NCBI GenBank assembly: GCA_934101225.1
Contig: CAKOQK010000002.1
Coordinates: forward strand, 40,633-104,632
Source of the DNA: an uncultured Bacilli bacterium
GTDB taxonomy: Bacteria > Bacillota_I > Bacilli_A > RF39 > UBA660
Reading direction: 5' to 3'
DNA: 64,000 nucleotides
Positions 29,762-40,792 of the stretch are shown one piece after another. The notes below the pieces were generated by a model, which was not told where the DNA came from, searched no databases, and saw nothing but the letters and a program-made list of their open reading frames with translations. Position 1 is the first letter of the stretch; each line of letters opens with the position of its first letter. Made by a program: the position numbers and the translations under genes.

Positions 29762-31831
29762 ATGAATTTTTTACTTCGATTATTTAAGAAAGAAAAACAT
29801 AATATAGGTGTTATAAGATTTGGTGATAATTTAGTTATTCCCGGAAGAGAATATTTTAAAGATGAAAAAGATATTATATTATTAGAAAATTATAAAAAAC
29901 ATTATTTAGAAATGCTAAAAAACAGAGCTGTAGTAACAACACCATATTTTAATTCTAAAAGTTTAAAAGAACAAATGAATATGTATATAGATTTATTACT
30001 TGGTTTGCTAATGGATAACAATAATTTTTGTGAATATGCACCTGAAGAATTATTAGTTCAAATAGCAAAATTAAAAATGTATTATGATGAAATGATTGTA
30101 TTAAAAAATGAAATTATTTTAAGATTAATTGCTCTTAAAGAAATAAAGAAAGAAAAAAGAATTCCAAGACATAATAAGATGGCTTTAGAAGAAGAAATAA
30201 ATTCTTTAAGTGTTATTTTAGAAATGTTTGTATATAGAGAAGCAAGTATAAATATTGAAATAAAAAACTATTTTGATGTATTGACAACAAGAGATTTAAG
30301 TGAAGTAGATGAGTCTTTATTAAATGAAAGATTAACAAGATTATTATTTTTAACTAAGGGAATAGTTGATAAAAATAAGTTATATGATGATATAAAATTA
30401 AATGTAGCATTATTAGAAAAGGAATGTGAAATATATGCATATACTCATAAAGAAGAAGCATTAAAACTAAAAGAATCATATTGTCTTAATGATGAAAGTA
30501 AAATATTATTGTTTTATGAATATGGTAAAGATATATTTGATCATGATTTTGTTAAAGAATTTTATTTATATAAATTTAATTTATTAGTTACAGATATTAA
30601 TAATAGTTGTAATGAATCACCTATAAATGTTAAGGATTATGGTTTTCCATTTTATGAGGAAATCATTGCAGATAAAATAAATAATTTAGATAAAAGTTAT
30701 TATTTTAATGATTTAATAGATAAAAATGTTGATATAAGTGAACAATTAAATGGTGCGAGAAAATATCTAAAAAATAAAGAAGGAATATTTAATTATGAGG
30801 AAATTCTTAAGAATAAATATAAATTGGCATTTCTTGTCTCTTTAGAAAAAGAAAAAGGAATAAAAGATTATTTTAATAAAAATATTATTGATTTAACAAT
30901 TAATCATGAATGGAACAAATATATTAATGGATTTTCTGGTAAGTTTGAAGATAAAGTTCCTCTTTCTACGTTATGTAAATTATTTGTTACTGATAAAAAT
31001 AAACACGCACTATATTCTATATATGAAGCAAATAGAATTGAAAATAACTTATTAATTCCATATGGTGTTAAAAGAATAAATCTTAGCTTATTATCAAATG
31101 AGTATATAGAGAGAATTGAAAAAGATGTTAATTCTAGAAAAAAATATGTATTTCCAAATAGTTTAAAATCAATAAGGGGTGCAATGGATTATTTTGGTTA
31201 TGACTTTTCTAACTTATATTTTCCTGATGGTTTAGAAGAATTAATGATTGGTTATAACGCTACAATTCCAAGTAGTGTAGAAAAGTTAGATAGATGTGTT
31301 GATAAACATATTGGATATATAAAATTTAGAGATTTTAAAAATTCTAAAATTGTTAATGATAAGAAAAAATTTATAAAATTTTTAGTAGATTTTTCTGAAG
31401 AAATTGATACAAATATGACTAATTATCATACTCCAAGTAAATATAGTTTAGAAGTGCAACGAAAGTATCGTACAGGAAGGTTTACAACTCAAGATTATAA
31501 TGCTTTATTTGATAAGCCTTATACTATTTATGTTTTTAAACAAAAAATGTTATTTACGTCTCTTTATTTTTTAGATGATGATCTTGATAATCCAATAGTT
31601 ATTAATGGAAAAGATATTGAATTAGAGTTTGGTAAAACAAAAGAATACTATTATTATTCTAGGCGATCTAAAGTTAACAAAGAAGATTTATATGGATGTG
31701 CTGATTTTAATAAAATCTATGAAAAAATTAGAAGAATTATAATTGAACAAAGTGGGTATGACATTGCTAGTAGAGAAATTGTTGATAATAAAAAATTAAT
31801 TTATGATAAAAAGATAATTTACTTTTTATAA
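29762..31831 (+). CDS. Large hypothetical cytoplasmic protein (about 690 aa) with a few BspA/LRR_5-like repeats in the C-terminal half
   Basis: ATG after GGGGGA. Helical K/E-rich N-terminal half. Repeats of the form IPYGVKRIN / VFPNSLKSI / YFPDGLEEL / TIPSSVEKL. Confidence 0.55.
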   Translation: MNFLLRLFKKEKHNIGVIRFGDNLVIPGREYFKDEKDIILLENYKKHYLEMLKNRAVVTTPYFNSKSLKEQMNMYIDLLLGLLMDNNNFCEYAPEELLVQIAKLKMYYDEMIVLKNEIILRLIALKEIKKEKRIPRHNKMALEEEINSLSVILEMFVYREASINIEIKNYFDVLTTRDLSEVDESLLNERLTRLLFLTKGIVDKNKLYDDIKLNVALLEKECEIYAYTHKEEALKLKESYCLNDESKILLFYEYGKDIFDHDFVKEFYLYKFNLLVTDINNSCNESPINVKDYGFPFYEEIIADKINNLDKSYYFNDLIDKNVDISEQLNGARKYLKNKEGIFNYEEILKNKYKLAFLVSLEKEKGIKDYFNKNIIDLTINHEWNKYINGFSGKFEDKVPLSTLCKLFVTDKNKHALYSIYEANRIENNLLIPYGVKRINLSLLSNEYIERIEKDVNSRKKYVFPNSLKSIRGAMDYFGYDFSNLYFPDGLEELMIGYNATIPSSVEKLDRCVDKHIGYIKFRDFKNSKIVNDKKKFIKFLVDFSEEIDTNMTNYHTPSKYSLEVQRKYRTGRFTTQDYNALFDKPYTIYVFKQKMLFTSLYFLDDDLDNPIVINGKDIELEFGKTKEYYYYSRRSKVNKEDLYGCADFNKIYEKIRRIIIEQSGYDIASREIVDNKKLIYDKKIIYFL

Positions 31832-31875
31832 TTTTCAAGTTTTTCAATTTTTGTAAAAAAATAGCGATAAATGGC

Positions 31876-31904
31876 TTGAAATAATAGTGATAATAGGGTA
31901 TAAT
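31876..31904 (+). promoter_or_regulatory. Sigma-A-type promoter of the S10 operon
   Basis: TTGAAA (31876-31881), 17-nt spacer, TATAAT (31899-31904). A 136-nt GC-enriched 5' UTR follows. Confidence 0.65.
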
Positions 31905-32040
31905 AACTTCTAGTTTGACTGGTTTAGATGTGCGAGGTTGCTGATACGCTAGGAGATGTTGTGAGATGTTTTCTTAAAATATCAGGGTATTCGTTACGGA
32001 ATCATGTTTATACAAGATATAGACGAAGGGAGGACATAAA

Positions 32041-32346
32041 ATGTCAAAGGTAAGAATCAAACTAAAAGCCTATGATCATAGACTTCTTGATACTGCTTGC
32101 GCTAAGATTGTAGAAACTGTTAAAAGAACAGGAGGAGTTATCTCTGGACCTGTACCTCTTCCAACAGAAATTCAAAAGATTACTGTTTTAAGAGCTGTAC
32201 ATAAATACAAAGATGCTCGTGAACAATTTGAAATGCGTACTCACAAGAGACTTATTGATATTAAGGATCCTAGTAAGGAAACAATGGATGCTTTAACTCA
32301 CTTAGATATTCCAAGTGGCGTTGATGTTGAAATTAAAACAAAATAA
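32041..32346 (+). CDS. rpsJ: 30S ribosomal protein S10
   Basis: The sequence [12 protein letters not shown] plus first position in the S10 operon. Confidence 0.97.
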   Translation: MSKVRIKLKAYDHRLLDTACAKIVETVKRTGGVISGPVPLPTEIQKITVLRAVHKYKDAREQFEMRTHKRLIDIKDPSKETMDALTHLDIPSGVDVEIKTK

Positions 32347-32365
32347 TTAGATGGAGGAAAGAAAG

Positions 32366-33091
32366 ATGAAAGGAATCTTAGGACGTAAAGTCGGTATGAC
32401 CGAAGTATTTACGAAAGATGGAAAAATTATTCCTGTTACTGTAATTAGTACTGAACCTAATAAAGTAATGCAAGTTAAAACAACTGCTACTGATGGTTAT
32501 GAAGCTATTCAATTAGGTATTTCTGATAAAAAAGAAAAAAATGCTACTAAAGCAGAAATAGGACATGCTAAAAAGGCTGGTTCTGCACCTAAGCGCTTCT
32601 TAAAAGAGATTAGAGTATCTAATGCTAGCGAATATCAAGTTGGAAGCGAAATTAAAGCAGACATATTTGAAGTAGGACAAAAAGTTGATGTTACTGGAAC
32701 AAGTAAGGGACATGGTTTTACTGGTGTTATTGTTAGAAATAATCAATCAGAAGGACCTAAAACTCACGGTTCAAGATATCATAGAAGACCTGGTTCAATG
32801 GGTACAATGAGACCAATGAGAGTTTTAAAGGGTAAAATGCTATCAGGACATATGGGTGTTGATACAGTTACTGTTCAAAACTTAAGCATTGTAGATGTTA
32901 ATTTAGAAGACAATTATATTTTAGTAAGTGGTAATGTACCAGGTGCTAAAAAATCATTAGTTGTAATTAGAGAAGCTGTTAAAGGTGGAAAGAAAGGTAC
33001 ATTTGATTTAGTCTCTTATGAAACTGAAGAAAATGTTGCTGTTGAAGCTCCTGCTGCAGAAGATACTGTTACAACTGAGGAAGTAAAGTAG
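32366..33091 (+). CDS. rplC: 50S ribosomal protein L3 (with an acidic C-terminal tail)
   Basis: [12 protein letters not shown] start after GGAGGAAAG. Conserved operon order. Confidence 0.95.
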   Translation: MKGILGRKVGMTEVFTKDGKIIPVTVISTEPNKVMQVKTTATDGYEAIQLGISDKKEKNATKAEIGHAKKAGSAPKRFLKEIRVSNASEYQVGSEIKADIFEVGQKVDVTGTSKGHGFTGVIVRNNQSEGPKTHGSRYHRRPGSMGTMRPMRVLKGKMLSGHMGVDTVTVQNLSIVDVNLEDNYILVSGNVPGAKKSLVVIREAVKGGKKGTFDLVSYETEENVAVEAPAAEDTVTTEEVK

Positions 33092-33100
33092 GTGTTATAG

Positions 33101-33724
33101 ATGGCAAAAGTAGATATTATTAACCTTAATGGTGAAAAAGTAAAAGATATTAAGCTAAACGATGCTATATATAATATAGAAAGCAATGAAGTTGTTGTTA
33201 AAAAAGCTTTAGACTTACAACTTGCTTCATTAAGACAAGGAACACATAAAACTAAAACTAGAGCAGAAGTTTCTGGTGGTGGTAGAAAACCATACAAACA
33301 AAAAGGAACTGGTAATGCTCGTCAAGGTTCTACACGTGCTCCACATTACAGACATGGTGGTGTAGCATTTGGAGTTACTCCAAGAGATTACACTTTCAAA
33401 ATGAATAAGAAAGAAAGAGTTTTAGCTTTAAGAAGTGTATTATCTATGAAAGCTAAAGAAAATAATATTAAAGTTATTGATTCTTTAACTGTTGAATCTC
33501 TTAAAACTAAAGACTTAAAAAATATGCTTTCTAATTTAGGATTAAATGGTAAAACATTATTTATTACTTCAAATGATGCTGAAAACTTATATTTAGCATC
33601 AAGAAACTTAAATAATGTTGGTGTGTTATTAACAAGTGAACTTAATGTTTATGATATGTTACATGCTGATACTATTGTTTTAGATGAAGAAGCAGTAAAA
33701 CAAATAGAGGAGGTGCTTAAATAA
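33101..33724 (+). CDS. rplD: 50S ribosomal protein L4
   Basis: The motif GGGRKPYKQKGTGNARQGS plus operon order. Confidence 0.95.
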   Translation: MAKVDIINLNGEKVKDIKLNDAIYNIESNEVVVKKALDLQLASLRQGTHKTKTRAEVSGGGRKPYKQKGTGNARQGSTRAPHYRHGGVAFGVTPRDYTFKMNKKERVLALRSVLSMKAKENNIKVIDSLTVESLKTKDLKNMLSNLGLNGKTLFITSNDAENLYLASRNLNNVGVLLTSELNVYDMLHADTIVLDEEAVKQIEEVLK

Positions 33725-33993
33725 TGAAATCTGATATTATTTATTCACCAGTTATTACTGAAAAAACAACTGCCTTAAAGGCACAAAATGTTTATGTATT
33801 TAAAGTAGCTAAAGATGCTAATAAATTACAAATTAAAGATGCTATTGAAAGCACATTTAAAGTTAAAGTTGTTAGTGTTAATACATTAAATACTAAACCT
33901 AAGAAAAAAAGAGTTGGAAAATACTCTGGATTTAGAAAAACTTATAAGAAAGCTATCGTAAAACTTGCTGACGGTAGTTCTATAGAAATGTAG
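33724..33993 (+). CDS. rplW: 50S ribosomal protein L23
   Basis: Operon order and size. Confidence 0.93.
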   Translation: MKSDIIYSPVITEKTTALKAQNVYVFKVAKDANKLQIKDAIESTFKVKVVSVNTLNTKPKKKRVGKYSGFRKTYKKAIVKLADGSSIEM

Positions 33994-34001
33994 GTGTTTT
34001 T

Positions 34002-34832
34002 ATGGGAATTAGAAAATATAAACCAACAACTAATGGTTTAAGAGGTATGAGTACATTAACAAATACTGAGATTACAGCTACTACTCCTGAAAAGAGTTTA
34101 CTTGTTAGTAAATCTAAAACTGGTGGTAGAAATAATCAAGGTAAAACTACTGTTAGAGATATCGGTGGTGGAGCTAAGAGAAAATATCGTATAATTGATT
34201 TTAAAAGAGATAAATTTGATATTCCTGCTAGAGTTACTACAATTGAATATGATCCAAACAGAACAGCAAATATTGCTCTATTAACTTATAAAGATGGTGA
34301 AAAGAGATATATTATTGCTCCTAAAGGATTAGAAGTTGGCAGTATCGTTATATCAAGTAAAACAGCTGATATTAAAGTTGGTAATACATTACCACTTGAA
34401 GTAATTCCTGTTGGTACAGTAATTCACAATGTTGAATTAAAACCTGGTAAAGGTGCTGAACTTGCAAGAAGTGCTGGTTCATCTGCTCAAATTCTTGGTA
34501 GAGAAGGAAAATATGTTTTAATCAGATTACAATCTGGTGAAACTAGAAAAGTTTTAGGTAGTTGTCTTGCAACTGTTGGCGTAGTTGGTAATGAAGATTA
34601 CGAATTAGTTAACGTTGGTAAGGCTGGTAGAACACGTCATATGGGAATTAGACCTCATAACCGTGGATCTGTTATGAACCCTAACGACCATCCACATGGT
34701 GGTGGTGAAGGTAGAACACCTATCGGTAGAAAAGGGCCTGTTACTCCTTGGGGTAAACCTGCTCTTGGATATAAAACTCGTAAAAATAAGAAAGCATCTA
34801 GCAAGTTAATTGTTAGTAGAAAGACTAAATAG
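34002..34832 (+). CDS. rplB: 50S ribosomal protein L2
   Basis: [15 protein letters not shown] start and the [12 protein letters not shown] motif. Confidence 0.97.
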   Translation: MGIRKYKPTTNGLRGMSTLTNTEITATTPEKSLLVSKSKTGGRNNQGKTTVRDIGGGAKRKYRIIDFKRDKFDIPARVTTIEYDPNRTANIALLTYKDGEKRYIIAPKGLEVGSIVISSKTADIKVGNTLPLEVIPVGTVIHNVELKPGKGAELARSAGSSAQILGREGKYVLIRLQSGETRKVLGSCLATVGVVGNEDYELVNVGKAGRTRHMGIRPHNRGSVMNPNDHPHGGGEGRTPIGRKGPVTPWGKPALGYKTRKNKKASSKLIVSRKTK

Positions 34833-34842
34833 GAGGATATAG

Positions 34843-35106
34843 ATGGCAAGAAGTTTAAAAAAAGGACCTTTCATTGATAAGAGTCTTATGAATAAAATTA
34901 AAAAATTAAATGAAGCAAACAAAAAAGAAGTTGTTAAAACTTGGTCTCGTCGTTCAACTATCTTCCCTGATTTCATTGGACATACAATTGCTGTTCATAA
35001 TGGAAGAGAATTTATACCAGTTTATATAACTGAAGAAATGGTTGGTCATAAATTAGGTGAATTTGCATTAACTCGTAAATTTACTGGCCATGCTGGAAAT
35101 AAGTAG
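34843..35106 (+). CDS. rpsS: 30S ribosomal protein S19
   Basis: [12 protein letters not shown] start. Confidence 0.97.
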   Translation: MARSLKKGPFIDKSLMNKIKKLNEANKKEVVKTWSRRSTIFPDFIGHTIAVHNGREFIPVYITEEMVGHKLGEFALTRKFTGHAGNK

Positions 35107-35115
35107 GAGGATTAG

Positions 35116-35457
35116 ATGGAAGCTTATGCAATGCATAAAATGGCTATCGTAGCACCTCGTAAAGCAAGAATGACTCTTGATTTAATAAGAGGAAAATCTG
35201 TTAAAGATGCTAGAGCTATTTTAAATAATACTAATACTAAATCAAGTAGATTAATCTTAAAAGTTTTAAATTCTGCTACAGCTAACGCTGTTAACAATTT
35301 AAACTTAAAAGAAGATGAATTATTTGTATCTGAATGCTTTATTAATCCGGGACCTGTTTTAAAGAGAATTAAATTTGGTTCAAGAACTAAAGTTGACAGA
35401 AGAGATAAAAGAACAAGTCATATAACTGTTAAAGTTAGTGACGGAAAGGAGGCATAA
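35116..35457 (+). CDS. rplV: 50S ribosomal protein L22
   Basis: The motif APRKARMTLDLIRGK plus operon order. Confidence 0.95.
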   Translation: MEAYAMHKMAIVAPRKARMTLDLIRGKSVKDARAILNNTNTKSSRLILKVLNSATANAVNNLNLKEDELFVSECFINPGPVLKRIKFGSRTKVDRRDKRTSHITVKVSDGKEA

Positions 35458-35460
35458 TTA

Positions 35461-36126
35461 ATGGGACAAAAAGTAAATCCTAATGGATTAAGATTAGGTG
35501 TTAATAAAGATTGGCAATCTAAATGGTATGCTAAAAAAGATTATGCCACAAAATTAAATAATGATTTAAAATTAAGAGATTTCTTAGCAGGTTACTTAAA
35601 AGATGCTGCTGTTGCAGAAATTATCATTGAAAGAAAATCAAAGAGAAATGAAATTAAAATTCGTACTGCTAAACCAGGAGTTATCATTGGTAGAGGCGGA
35701 GAAGATATTGAAAAACTAAGAAAAGAAATCAAAAAAGCTATTGGTGAAGATTTCTATGTAACTATAGTTGAAGAAAAGAATCCTAATCTTAGTGCTCAAA
35801 TCGTTGCTGATACAATTGCTAAACAAATCGAAAATAGAGCAAACTTCAGAACAGTTCAAAAACAAGCTATCAAAAATGTTATGAAAGCTGGAGCTGTTGG
35901 AGTTAAAACCGCTGTTTCTGGTAGACTTGGTGGTGCTGAAATGGCTCGTACTGAAGGTTATACTGAAGGTACAGTTCCACTACATACTATTAGAGCTGAC
36001 ATTGATTATGCAACAGCTACTGCTCCAACAACTTATGGTAAAATCGGAGTAAAAGTATGGATTTATAAGGGAGAAATTCTTCCAAGTAAGAAGAAAAATG
36101 GAGGCGATAACAATGTTAATGCCTAA
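35461..36126 (+). CDS. rpsC: 30S ribosomal protein S3
   Basis: [13 protein letters not shown] start, KH domain. Confidence 0.97.
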   Translation: MGQKVNPNGLRLGVNKDWQSKWYAKKDYATKLNNDLKLRDFLAGYLKDAAVAEIIIERKSKRNEIKIRTAKPGVIIGRGGEDIEKLRKEIKKAIGEDFYVTIVEEKNPNLSAQIVADTIAKQIENRANFRTVQKQAIKNVMKAGAVGVKTAVSGRLGGAEMARTEGYTEGTVPLHTIRADIDYATATAPTTYGKIGVKVWIYKGEILPSKKKNGGDNNVNA

Positions 36127-36541
36127 GAGAGTTAAATATCGTAAACCTCACAGAGTTAGTTATGAAGGACATTCTAAAGGAAACCTTACATTAACTAATG
36201 GTGAATATGGTCTAATGGCCAAAGAGGGGGGATATGTTAATGCTAAACAAATCGAAGCTGCTCGTATTGCGATGACTCGTTATATGAAACGTGGCGGAAA
36301 AGTTTGGATTAATATTTTCCCACAACTAGCTCGTACTCAAAAACCTTTAGAAACTCGTCAAGGTACTGGTAAAGGTGATGTAAAAGAATGGGTTGCAGTT
36401 GTAAAAGAAGGAAAAATTATGTTTGAAATTGCTGGTGTAGATGAAGCTACTGCAAGAGAAGCTTTAAGACTTGCATCACATAAGATTTCTGTTAAAACTA
36501 AATTTGTTATGAAGGAAGGGGTTAATAATAATGAAAACTAG
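36113..36541 (+). CDS. rplP: 50S ribosomal protein L16
   Basis: [11 protein letters not shown] start; the track ORF starts upstream at 36098. Confidence 0.95.
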   Translation: MLMPKRVKYRKPHRVSYEGHSKGNLTLTNGEYGLMAKEGGYVNAKQIEAARIAMTRYMKRGGKVWINIFPQLARTQKPLETRQGTGKGDVKEWVAVVKEGKIMFEIAGVDEATAREALRLASHKISVKTKFVMKEGVNNNEN

Positions 36542-36728
36542 TGATATTCGTAAAATGTCTAAAGAAGAAATTGAAAAACAAATTGTTAAGACAAAAGAAG
36601 AATTATTTGATTTAAGAATGAAAAAAGCTACAGGAACATTAGATAAACCTCATAGAATTCATGAATTAAGAAAAGATGTAGCTAGAATGAAAACTATATT
36701 AACTGAAATGGATGGGAGTGAAAACTAA
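36531..36728 (+). CDS. rpmC: 50S ribosomal protein L29
   Basis: Size and operon order. Confidence 0.93.
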   Translation: MKTSDIRKMSKEEIEKQIVKTKEELFDLRMKKATGTLDKPHRIHELRKDVARMKTILTEMDGSEN

Positions 36729-36985
36729 TGGAAAATAAAAGAGCTGAATTAATAGGAAAAGTTGTAAGTAATGTTAATGATAAAACTATTACAGTATTAG
36801 TTGAAACTTATCGTAAAGACCCATTATATAAAAAGAGAGTAAAATATTCTAAGAAATATGCTGCTCATGATGAAGCTAATAAAGCTAAAGTAGGAGACAC
36901 AGTAAGAATTGCTCAAACTAGACCTTTATCTAAAACTAAGAGATATGAACTAGTAGAAGTTATTCAAGAAGCTGTTGTTCTATAG
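36728..36985 (+). CDS. rpsQ: 30S ribosomal protein S17
   Basis: Size and operon order. Confidence 0.93.
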   Translation: MENKRAELIGKVVSNVNDKTITVLVETYRKDPLYKKRVKYSKKYAAHDEANKAKVGDTVRIAQTRPLSKTKRYELVEVIQEAVVL

Positions 36986-36997
36986 GAGGTTTTTAAT

Positions 36998-37366
36998 ATG
37001 TTAATGCAACAAAGTAGATTAAAGGTTGCTGACAACTCTGGTGCTCGTGAAGTTATGGTTATTAGAGTACTAGGTGGAAGCAAACGTGTTTATGGAAATA
37101 TTGGTGATATTGTTGTTGGAACTGTTAAAAAAGCAATTCCTAACAGTAATGTTAAAGAAGGAAAAGTTGTTAAAGCTGTTATTGTTAGATCTAAACAAGG
37201 AGTTAGAAGAGATGATGGTAGTTATATCAAATTTAATGACAATGCATGTGTATTAATTAAAGATGATAAATCACCTATCGGAACTCGTGTATTAGGACCA
37301 GTTGCTCGTGAATTACGTGATAAAGAATTTAATAAGATCGTTTCACTTGCTCCTGAGGTATTATAG
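36998..37366 (+). CDS. rplN: 50S ribosomal protein L14
   Basis: The motif [13 protein letters not shown]. Confidence 0.97.
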   Translation: MLMQQSRLKVADNSGAREVMVIRVLGGSKRVYGNIGDIVVGTVKKAIPNSNVKEGKVVKAVIVRSKQGVRRDDGSYIKFNDNACVLIKDDKSPIGTRVLGPVARELRDKEFNKIVSLAPEVL

Positions 37367-37374
37367 GAGGATAT

Positions 37375-37677
37375 ATGAAAGTTAAAGTTGGAGATAATGT
37401 TAAAGTACTTACTGGAAAAGATAAAGGTAAGGAAGGAAAAGTATTATATACTTTAAGAAAAAAAGACCGTGTAGTTGTTGAAGGCGTAAATATTGTTAAA
37501 AAACATATGAAACCATCAAGAATGAATGAAACTGGTGGAATATTAGAAGTTGAAAATCCTATTCATGTATCTAATGTAAAAGTATTAACAGCTAAAGAAG
37601 ACAAAAAAGTAAAAGAAGTTAAAGAAGTAAAAACTGAAAAGAAAGCTACTAAAAAGAAGGGCACAGGTGATAAATAA
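37375..37677 (+). CDS. rplX: 50S ribosomal protein L24 (Lys-rich C-terminal tail)
   Basis: KOW motif [21 protein letters not shown]. Confidence 0.95.
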   Translation: MKVKVGDNVKVLTGKDKGKEGKVLYTLRKKDRVVVEGVNIVKKHMKPSRMNETGGILEVENPIHVSNVKVLTAKEDKKVKEVKEVKTEKKATKKKGTGDK

Positions 37678-38216
37678 TGAATTCATTAAAAGAATTATAT
37701 AATAAAGATATCAAACCAGCACTTAAAGAAAAATTTAATTATTCTTCAGTTATGGAAATTCCTAAATTAGAGAAAATTGTAGTTAATATTGGTGTTGGAG
37801 ATGGATCTCATGATGATAAATTAATCGATGCTGCTAGAGCTGATTTAGAAACTATAACTGGACAACATGCAGTTATTACAAAAGCAAAAAAATCAATTGC
37901 AGGATTTAAATTAAGAGAAGGACAAAGTATTGGAACTAAAGTAACATTACGTGGTGAAAATATGTATGTATTCTTAGAAAAATTAATTAAAATTGCTTTA
38001 CCTCGTGTAAGAGATTTTAGAGGTATATCACCAAAAGCTTTCGATGGTAGAGGAAATTATACTTTAGGAATTAAAGATCAATTAATTTTCCCAGAAATCG
38101 ATTATGATAATGTAGTTAAATTAAGAGGTATGGATATTGTTTTTGTTACAACAGCAAAAACTAATGAAGAAGCTTTAGAATTATTAAAAGGCTTTGGACT
38201 TCCATTTAGAAAGTAG
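37677..38216 (+). CDS. rplE: 50S ribosomal protein L5
   Basis: Operon order and conserved length. Confidence 0.95.
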   Translation: MNSLKELYNKDIKPALKEKFNYSSVMEIPKLEKIVVNIGVGDGSHDDKLIDAARADLETITGQHAVITKAKKSIAGFKLREGQSIGTKVTLRGENMYVFLEKLIKIALPRVRDFRGISPKAFDGRGNYTLGIKDQLIFPEIDYDNVVKLRGMDIVFVTTAKTNEEALELLKGFGLPFRK

Positions 38217-38226
38217 GTAATGAGAG

Positions 38227-38412
38227 ATGGCAAAAACTAGTTTAAAAGTTAAAAATTCAAGAACTCCTAAATTTAAGGTTAGAGCATACACTCGTTGCGA
38301 AAGATGTGGAAGACCTCATGGAGTTTTACGTAAATTTGGATTATGTCGTATTTGCTTTAGAGAATTAGCAAATGAAGGTAAAATCCCAGGCGTAAAGAAA
38401 TCAAGTTGGTAG
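38227..38412 (+). CDS. rpsN: 30S ribosomal protein S14, short zinc-binding (type Z) form
   Basis: 61 aa with CERCGRP...CRIC (CxxC...CxxC). Confidence 0.95.
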   Translation: MAKTSLKVKNSRTPKFKVRAYTRCERCGRPHGVLRKFGLCRICFRELANEGKIPGVKKSSW

Positions 38413-38426
38413 AAAGGAAGTAAATT

Positions 38427-38819
38427 ATGGTAAACGATACAATAGCTGATATGCTTACAAGAATTCGTAATGCAGGTCAAATGAAATATGCTAATGTTGC
38501 AGTTTTAAATACTAAGATGACTAGAGAAATAGCTAGAATCTTAAAAGAAGAAGGCTATATTAATGATTATAGTAGTAATGAAGAAACTAAAATGTTAGAT
38601 TTATCACTTAAATATGGTGAAAATAAGAAAGAAAGAGTTATTACTGGTTTAAAGAGAATTAGTAAACCTGGTCTTAGAGTTTATGCTAAACATGATGAAC
38701 TTCCAAGAGTACTTAATGGACTTGGTATTGCAATTATTTCTACAAGTAAGGGAATTATGACTGACAAAGAAGCAAGAAATGCTGGTCTAGGAGGAGAAGT
38801 ACTTGCCTATATTTGGTAA
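38427..38819 (+). CDS. rpsH: 30S ribosomal protein S8
   Basis: The motif [13 protein letters not shown]. Confidence 0.97.
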   Translation: MVNDTIADMLTRIRNAGQMKYANVAVLNTKMTREIARILKEEGYINDYSSNEETKMLDLSLKYGENKKERVITGLKRISKPGLRVYAKHDELPRVLNGLGIAIISTSKGIMTDKEARNAGLGGEVLAYIW

Positions 38820-38834
38820 GGAAAAACTGATATT

Positions 38835-39374
38835 ATGAGTAGAATAGGAAATAGAGTAATACATATTCCTTCTGATGTAACTGTTACATTAGATGGTAAT
38901 AAAGTAACTGTTAAAGGACCTAAAGGTGAATTAACAGAAGAATTTGATAATTTAATCAGTATTAATATTGAAGATAATAAATTAACTTGTAAAAGAGCTA
39001 ATGAAGAATTATTTACAAAATCAATTCATGGTACAACAAATGCTTTAATTGAAAATATGATTATTGGAGTATCTAAAGGATATACAGTTGAACTTGAAAC
39101 TGTTGGTGTTGGATATAGATTCCAAGTATCTGGAAAACAAATTAATGTTTCAGCAGGATTTAGTCATCCAGTGGTTGTAGATATTCCTGAAGGAATAACA
39201 GTTGAAGCACCATCTACAACTGAATTAAAATTAAGTGGAATTGATAAGCAAAAAGTAACTGAATTTGCGGCTAATATTCGTAAGATTAGAAAACCTGAAC
39301 CATATAAAGGAAAAGGTATTCGTTATAAAGGCGAAGTTATTATACGTAAAGTAGGTAAGAAGGCTTCTAAGTAG
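38835..39374 (+). CDS. rplF: 50S ribosomal protein L6
   Basis: MSRIGNRVI start and operon order. Confidence 0.95.
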   Translation: MSRIGNRVIHIPSDVTVTLDGNKVTVKGPKGELTEEFDNLISINIEDNKLTCKRANEELFTKSIHGTTNALIENMIIGVSKGYTVELETVGVGYRFQVSGKQINVSAGFSHPVVVDIPEGITVEAPSTTELKLSGIDKQKVTEFAANIRKIRKPEPYKGKGIRYKGEVIIRKVGKKASK

Positions 39375-39382
39375 GAGGATTT

Positions 39383-39739
39383 ATGATAAAGAAAGAATCA
39401 AGAAATGTATCTAGAGTTATGAGACATGAAAGAGTTCGTAAAAATGTTTTTGGAACTAAAGAAATGCCTAGACTTAATGTATTTAGATCAAATAAAGAAA
39501 TATATGCACAAATTATTGATGATGAAAGTCAAACTACTTTAGTTGCTTCATCAAGCGTAATGTTAAAAATCGATAATGGTGGAAACATTGAAGGTGCTGC
39601 TTTAGTTGGTGCAGATATAGCTAAAAAAGCTGTTAAAGCTGGTATTACTAAAGTAGTATTCGATAGAGGTGGATACCAATATCATGGCCGTGTAGAAGCT
39701 TTAGCAAATGCTGCTAGAGAAAACGGATTAGAGTTCTAG
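39383..39739 (+). CDS. rplR: 50S ribosomal protein L18
   Basis: Operon order. The tail motif [13 protein letters not shown]. Confidence 0.95.
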   Translation: MIKKESRNVSRVMRHERVRKNVFGTKEMPRLNVFRSNKEIYAQIIDDESQTTLVASSSVMLKIDNGGNIEGAALVGADIAKKAVKAGITKVVFDRGGYQYHGRVEALANAARENGLEF

Positions 39740-39752
39740 AGGGAGGGAAATA

Positions 39753-40349
39753 ATGGAAGAAAATAAAGAAGTTATGACTACTGAAGAAGTAAAAACTGAA
39801 AAAGTAGTTAGAGATAATAAAAACTTTAAAAATAATAAAAATAGAAAATCTAATAAAAACTTTGAACCAAAGAAAAAATTATTAGAAGAAAAAGTTATTT
39901 CTATCACTCGTGTAACTAAAGTTACTAAAGGTGGAAGACACTTTAGATTTGCTGCTACTATGGTAGTAGGTGATGGAAAAGGTTTAGTAGGAATTGGAAC
40001 TGGAAAATCTATGGAAGTTCCAGAAGCTATCAAAAAAGGTATTCAAGCTGCTAATAAGAATTTAGTTAAAGTTGATATCGTTGATGGTAGAACTATTTCA
40101 CATGATCAAATTGGTAAATGTGGAAGAGCTAAAGTTTTAATTAAACCTGCTAAAGAAGGTACAGGTATTATCGCTGGTGGTGCTGTTCGTGCAGTACTTG
40201 AAATTGCTGGTGTTAAAGATATCGTATCTAAATCATTAGGAGCTAACACTCAAGTTAATGTTGCTAAAGCAACTTTAGAAGCATTAAAATCACAAAGATC
40301 AAAAGAACATATTGCTGAACTTCGTGGTAAGAAAGTTGAGGAGTTATAG
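39753..40349 (+). CDS. rpsE: 30S ribosomal protein S5 with an N-terminal K/N/E-rich extension of about 35 aa
   Basis: Core motif [27 protein letters not shown]. 198 aa versus about 166 aa in Bacillus, from memory. Confidence 0.93.
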   Translation: MEENKEVMTTEEVKTEKVVRDNKNFKNNKNRKSNKNFEPKKKLLEEKVISITRVTKVTKGGRHFRFAATMVVGDGKGLVGIGTGKSMEVPEAIKKGIQAANKNLVKVDIVDGRTISHDQIGKCGRAKVLIKPAKEGTGIIAGGAVRAVLEIAGVKDIVSKSLGANTQVNVAKATLEALKSQRSKEHIAELRGKKVEEL

Positions 40350-40350
40350 T

Positions 40351-40791
40351 ATGAAATTAAATGAATTAAATAAATTACCAGAAGCTAAAAGAAGAAAAAT
40401 TGTAGGTCGTGGACCTGGTTCTGGTATGGGTAAGACTTCAACTCGTGGAGAAAACGGACAAAAATCAAGAAGCGGAGCTTCAATTAAACCTTGGTTCCGT
40501 GGTGGTGAATCTCCAATTTACCGTAGAATTCCTAAAAGAGGATTTAACAACGCTAACTTTACAGTTAGATATGCTACAATCAATTTAAGTGACTTAAATA
40601 GATTTAATGATGGTGATGTTGTTACTCCTGAATTATTAAAAGAAATGGGAATTATTAAGAAAGAATTATCTGGATTAAAAGTTTTAGGTAATGGAGAATT
40701 AGAAAAGAAAATTACAATTAAAGCTAACAGATTCTCTACAAAGGCTGTTAGTAAGATTGAAAATGCTGGTGGAACTGCTGAGGTGATTTAA
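40351..40791 (+). CDS. rplO: 50S ribosomal protein L15
   Basis: MKLNELN...GRGPGSGMGKTS. ATG lies 1 nt after the rpsE stop. The track ORF start at 40312 was rejected. Confidence 0.93.
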   Translation: MKLNELNKLPEAKRRKIVGRGPGSGMGKTSTRGENGQKSRSGASIKPWFRGGESPIYRRIPKRGFNNANFTVRYATINLSDLNRFNDGDVVTPELLKEMGIIKKELSGLKVLGNGELEKKITIKANRFSTKAVSKIENAGGTAEVI

Positions 40792-40792
40792 T

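Noticed and set aside
31905-32040. The S10 operon 5' UTR as a known L4-type autoregulatory leader
   Set aside because: It is GC-enriched and has a hairpin (GATGTTTT-CTT-AAAATATC at about 31961-31979). I cannot match it to a described leader, so I note it only as a possible regulatory UTR.
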